Positions 15,156 to 17,009 of a stretch of 17,009 bases of DNA are shown here, in pieces. Below the pieces are notes generated by a model. That model had not been told where the DNA came from. It worked only from the letters and a program-made list of their open reading frames with translations, and made no database searches. The position numbers and the translations under genes were made by a program. The stretch is taken from NCBI GenBank assembly GCA_963677895.2, contig CAXXGJ010000013.1, forward strand, positions 1-17,009. Reading direction: 5' to 3'. Source of the stretch: Treponemataceae bacterium. GTDB lineage: Bacteria > Spirochaetota > Spirochaetia > Treponematales > Rectinemataceae. The first letter of the stretch is position 1. The number at the start of each line of letters is the position of its first letter.

Positions 15156-17009
15156 TCAAGCGTCCAGGAATCGCTCCACTTCCAGGGCTATCGTCTCGAT
15201 GCCATCGGTGATCAGCTTGCATTTCGGGAGACTTTCTATGAAAAGCTGGCCGTATCGGGCCGTGGCGAGACGTTGGTCGAGAACGACGGCCACGCCCCTG
15301 TCGTCGGAGTGACGGATGAGCCTGCCGAAACCCTGCTTGAACTTGATGATGGCTTCGGGAACGCTTATTTCCATGAAGGAATTGCCGCCGCGCTTCTCGA
15401 CGGCCTCGGCGCGGGCCTGCTGGATGGGATCATTGGGAACCTTGAAGGGCAGCTTGGTGATGACGACCATCGAAAGCGTCTCCCCGGGCGCGTCGACGCC
15501 TTCCCAGAAGGAATCGGTCGCGAAGAGGACAGACGAAATGTCGTTCCTGAACATGGTGAGAAGCCGAGAGCGGTCGTCCATGCCCTGCCTGAAGCAGGTG
15601 ATGCCGGCCTTCTCCATGACAGGCTTGGCCTTCTCGAAGGTAGCCGAAAGGATGTCGTAGCTCGTGAAAAGGACCAGTGCCCGCCCCCTGGAGGCCGTGA
15701 GGAGGCGGACGACGGCGTCGCCCACGTAGCTTTTGAAAGCTTCCTTGGCCTTCTGCGGGCTGGGCGCCTGCGCGTCCACGGCCAGGATGGCGTTCGAGGA
15801 GAAGGGGAAAGGCGAGGGGTAGTGCTTCGTCTCCACGTCCTCGCGCTGCTTGGAAATGCCGATCCGCTTCATCCAGAAATCGAAGCTGCCGCCCACCGAC
15901 AGGGTGGCCGAGGTACAGACCACCGTCCTCACCTTCTCGAAGACCGAGCGTTCGAGGATGGCCGCCACCTCGAGCGGCGTGGCGTTGAACGAAATGAAGA
16001 TGTCCTTCTGCGAGGTGCGCGATTTTTCGAGCCAGAAGATCGTGTCCGGATTCGCGTCGAAATCCTTGAGCCTCGCGATGAGATCGGCCAACTCGTTCAG
16101 GCCCCGGGCTATGATCCGCGCCTCGAAGGCCGAAGGGTCCTGGGCGCGCGACTCGGGCAAGGCTTCCAGGATGTCGGCGATGATCTTCGTGAGGGCGAGA
16201 ATGGAGCGCTGGAGCCTGCCCGCCGGTTCGCAGACCGAGGAGACGATCTCCTGGTTTTTCTCCCTGAGCCGCAGGGTCGTCTCGGTCGATAAAAGGCGGA
16301 TGGCGGCGGCTTCCAGGTCCGACATCGAGGCCTGGATTTCCTTCACCGCCGGTTCGAAGGACTTGAGGAGGGATTTCCCGATCGCGGGGATGACGGAAAG
16401 CTTCGCGAGGGCGCCGAACTGTCCCGTCCTGTTCTTGCGCCAGAGCCGGGAGAGTTTCTTGACGACGGAAAACCGCGTAAAACTCTCGGTGAAGAGACTT
16501 GTCGCGCTCGCTTCGATCGAGTGGGCTTCGTCCAGGATCAAGGAAGAATAGGCCGGGAGGATGGAGGTCTGCTCGAGGCCCGAACCCCGCTGCCGGGAGG
16601 CCAGGTCGGCGAAAAGCAGGTGATGGTTGACGACGATGATCTGGGCGTCGGCCGCGTTTTTCCTGACCGAGATCACGTGGCAGCGCTCCCTGCTCGGACA
16701 GCGAATCGAAATGCAGGCGTCCGCCTCGGAGCAGACCTTGTTCCACACCTGATCCTCGACGCGGAAGGGCAGGTCGGCCCTGTCGCCGGAGCCGCCCGAT
16801 TCATCCCAGGCGAGAATGCGTTTGAGGGGGCTTTCGTCGTCCAAGAGAAGGCCTTCTTCCTCGATGGCCTCACCCAGCCGCCGCTTGCAGACATAGTTGG
16901 ACCTGCCCTTGACGAGGACTGCCTTCAGCTTTTTCTTGAAAATGGAGGCGACGAGGGGGATGTCCTTGGAGAAGAGCTGGTCCTGGAGGTTTATCGTGGC
17001 TGTGGAGAT
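15156..17009 (-). CDS. dinG: DinG/YoaA family Fe-S ATP-dependent DNA helicase (5' truncated by window edge)
   Basis: The frame is open to the window end (ISTATINLQDQL...KGRSNYVC). It has an Fe-S Cys cluster, VVNHHLL, DEAH, TSATL, FWEGVD, KLPF and QGFGRLIR. Confidence 0.93.
   Translation of the reverse strand: MSTATINLQDQLFSKDIPLVASIFKKKLKAVLVKGRSNYVCKRRLGEAIEEEGLLLDDESPLKRILAWDESGGSGDRADLPFRVEDQVWNKVCSEADACISIRCPSRERCHVISVRKNAADAQIIVVNHHLLFADLASRQRGSGLEQTSILPAYSSLILDEAHSIEASATSLFTESFTRFSVVKKLSRLWRKNRTGQFGALAKLSVIPAIGKSLLKSFEPAVKEIQASMSDLEAAAIRLLSTETTLRLREKNQEIVSSVCEPAGRLQRSILALTKIIADILEALPESRAQDPSAFEARIIARGLNELADLIARLKDFDANPDTIFWLEKSRTSQKDIFISFNATPLEVAAILERSVFEKVRTVVCTSATLSVGGSFDFWMKRIGISKQREDVETKHYPSPFPFSSNAILAVDAQAPSPQKAKEAFKSYVGDAVVRLLTASRGRALVLFTSYDILSATFEKAKPVMEKAGITCFRQGMDDRSRLLTMFRNDISSVLFATDSFWEGVDAPGETLSMVVITKLPFKVPNDPIQQARAEAVEKRGGNSFMEISVPEAIIKFKQGFGRLIRHSDDRGVAVVLDQRLATARYGQLFIESLPKCKLITDGIETIALEVERFLDA

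Noticed and set aside
13856..16746. Long antisense and alternate-frame ORFs (13856-14983, 15048-16292, 15430-16746, 15850-16551)
   Set aside because: These are shadow ORFs of the GC-rich manA and dinG genes with no recognisable domains.
15156..17009. DinG as type IV CRISPR CasDinG or a defence helicase
   Set aside because: It has host-like GC, a housekeeping context with manA and yaiI, and no cas genes or array nearby.

Overview
This is a bacterial chromosomal window with a GC-rich backbone, possibly from a spirochaete (Treponemataceae/Rectinema-like; this is inferred from protein style only). Left part: the 3' end of a tocopherol-cyclase-family gene, then a minus-strand sugar-acid operon (HpcH/HpaI aldolase, TRAP dctP-dctQ-dctM, a frameshifted FadR/GntR regulator, a YhcH-family gene and a MarR gene with a probable CTG start). 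Next come PAP2, an XRE-HTH membrane protein, a membrane protein and an Imm5-like gene. Right part: a DinG/YoaA helicase (partial), manA and yaiI. The main signal is an AT-rich block at about 8490-13342 that is an integron gene-cassette array with no integrase in the window (CALIN-like). It has four co-oriented single-gene cassettes: winged-helix + NDT/TIR-like protein, Shedu SduA, McrA-like HNH nuclease and S41 peptidase lipoprotein. These are delimited by two intact attC sites, two half-deleted attC sites and a lone GTTAGGC core site just after yaiI. Three of the four cassettes are known or candidate anti-phage genes, and the wHTH-NDT fusion is the best candidate for an uncharacterised defence system.
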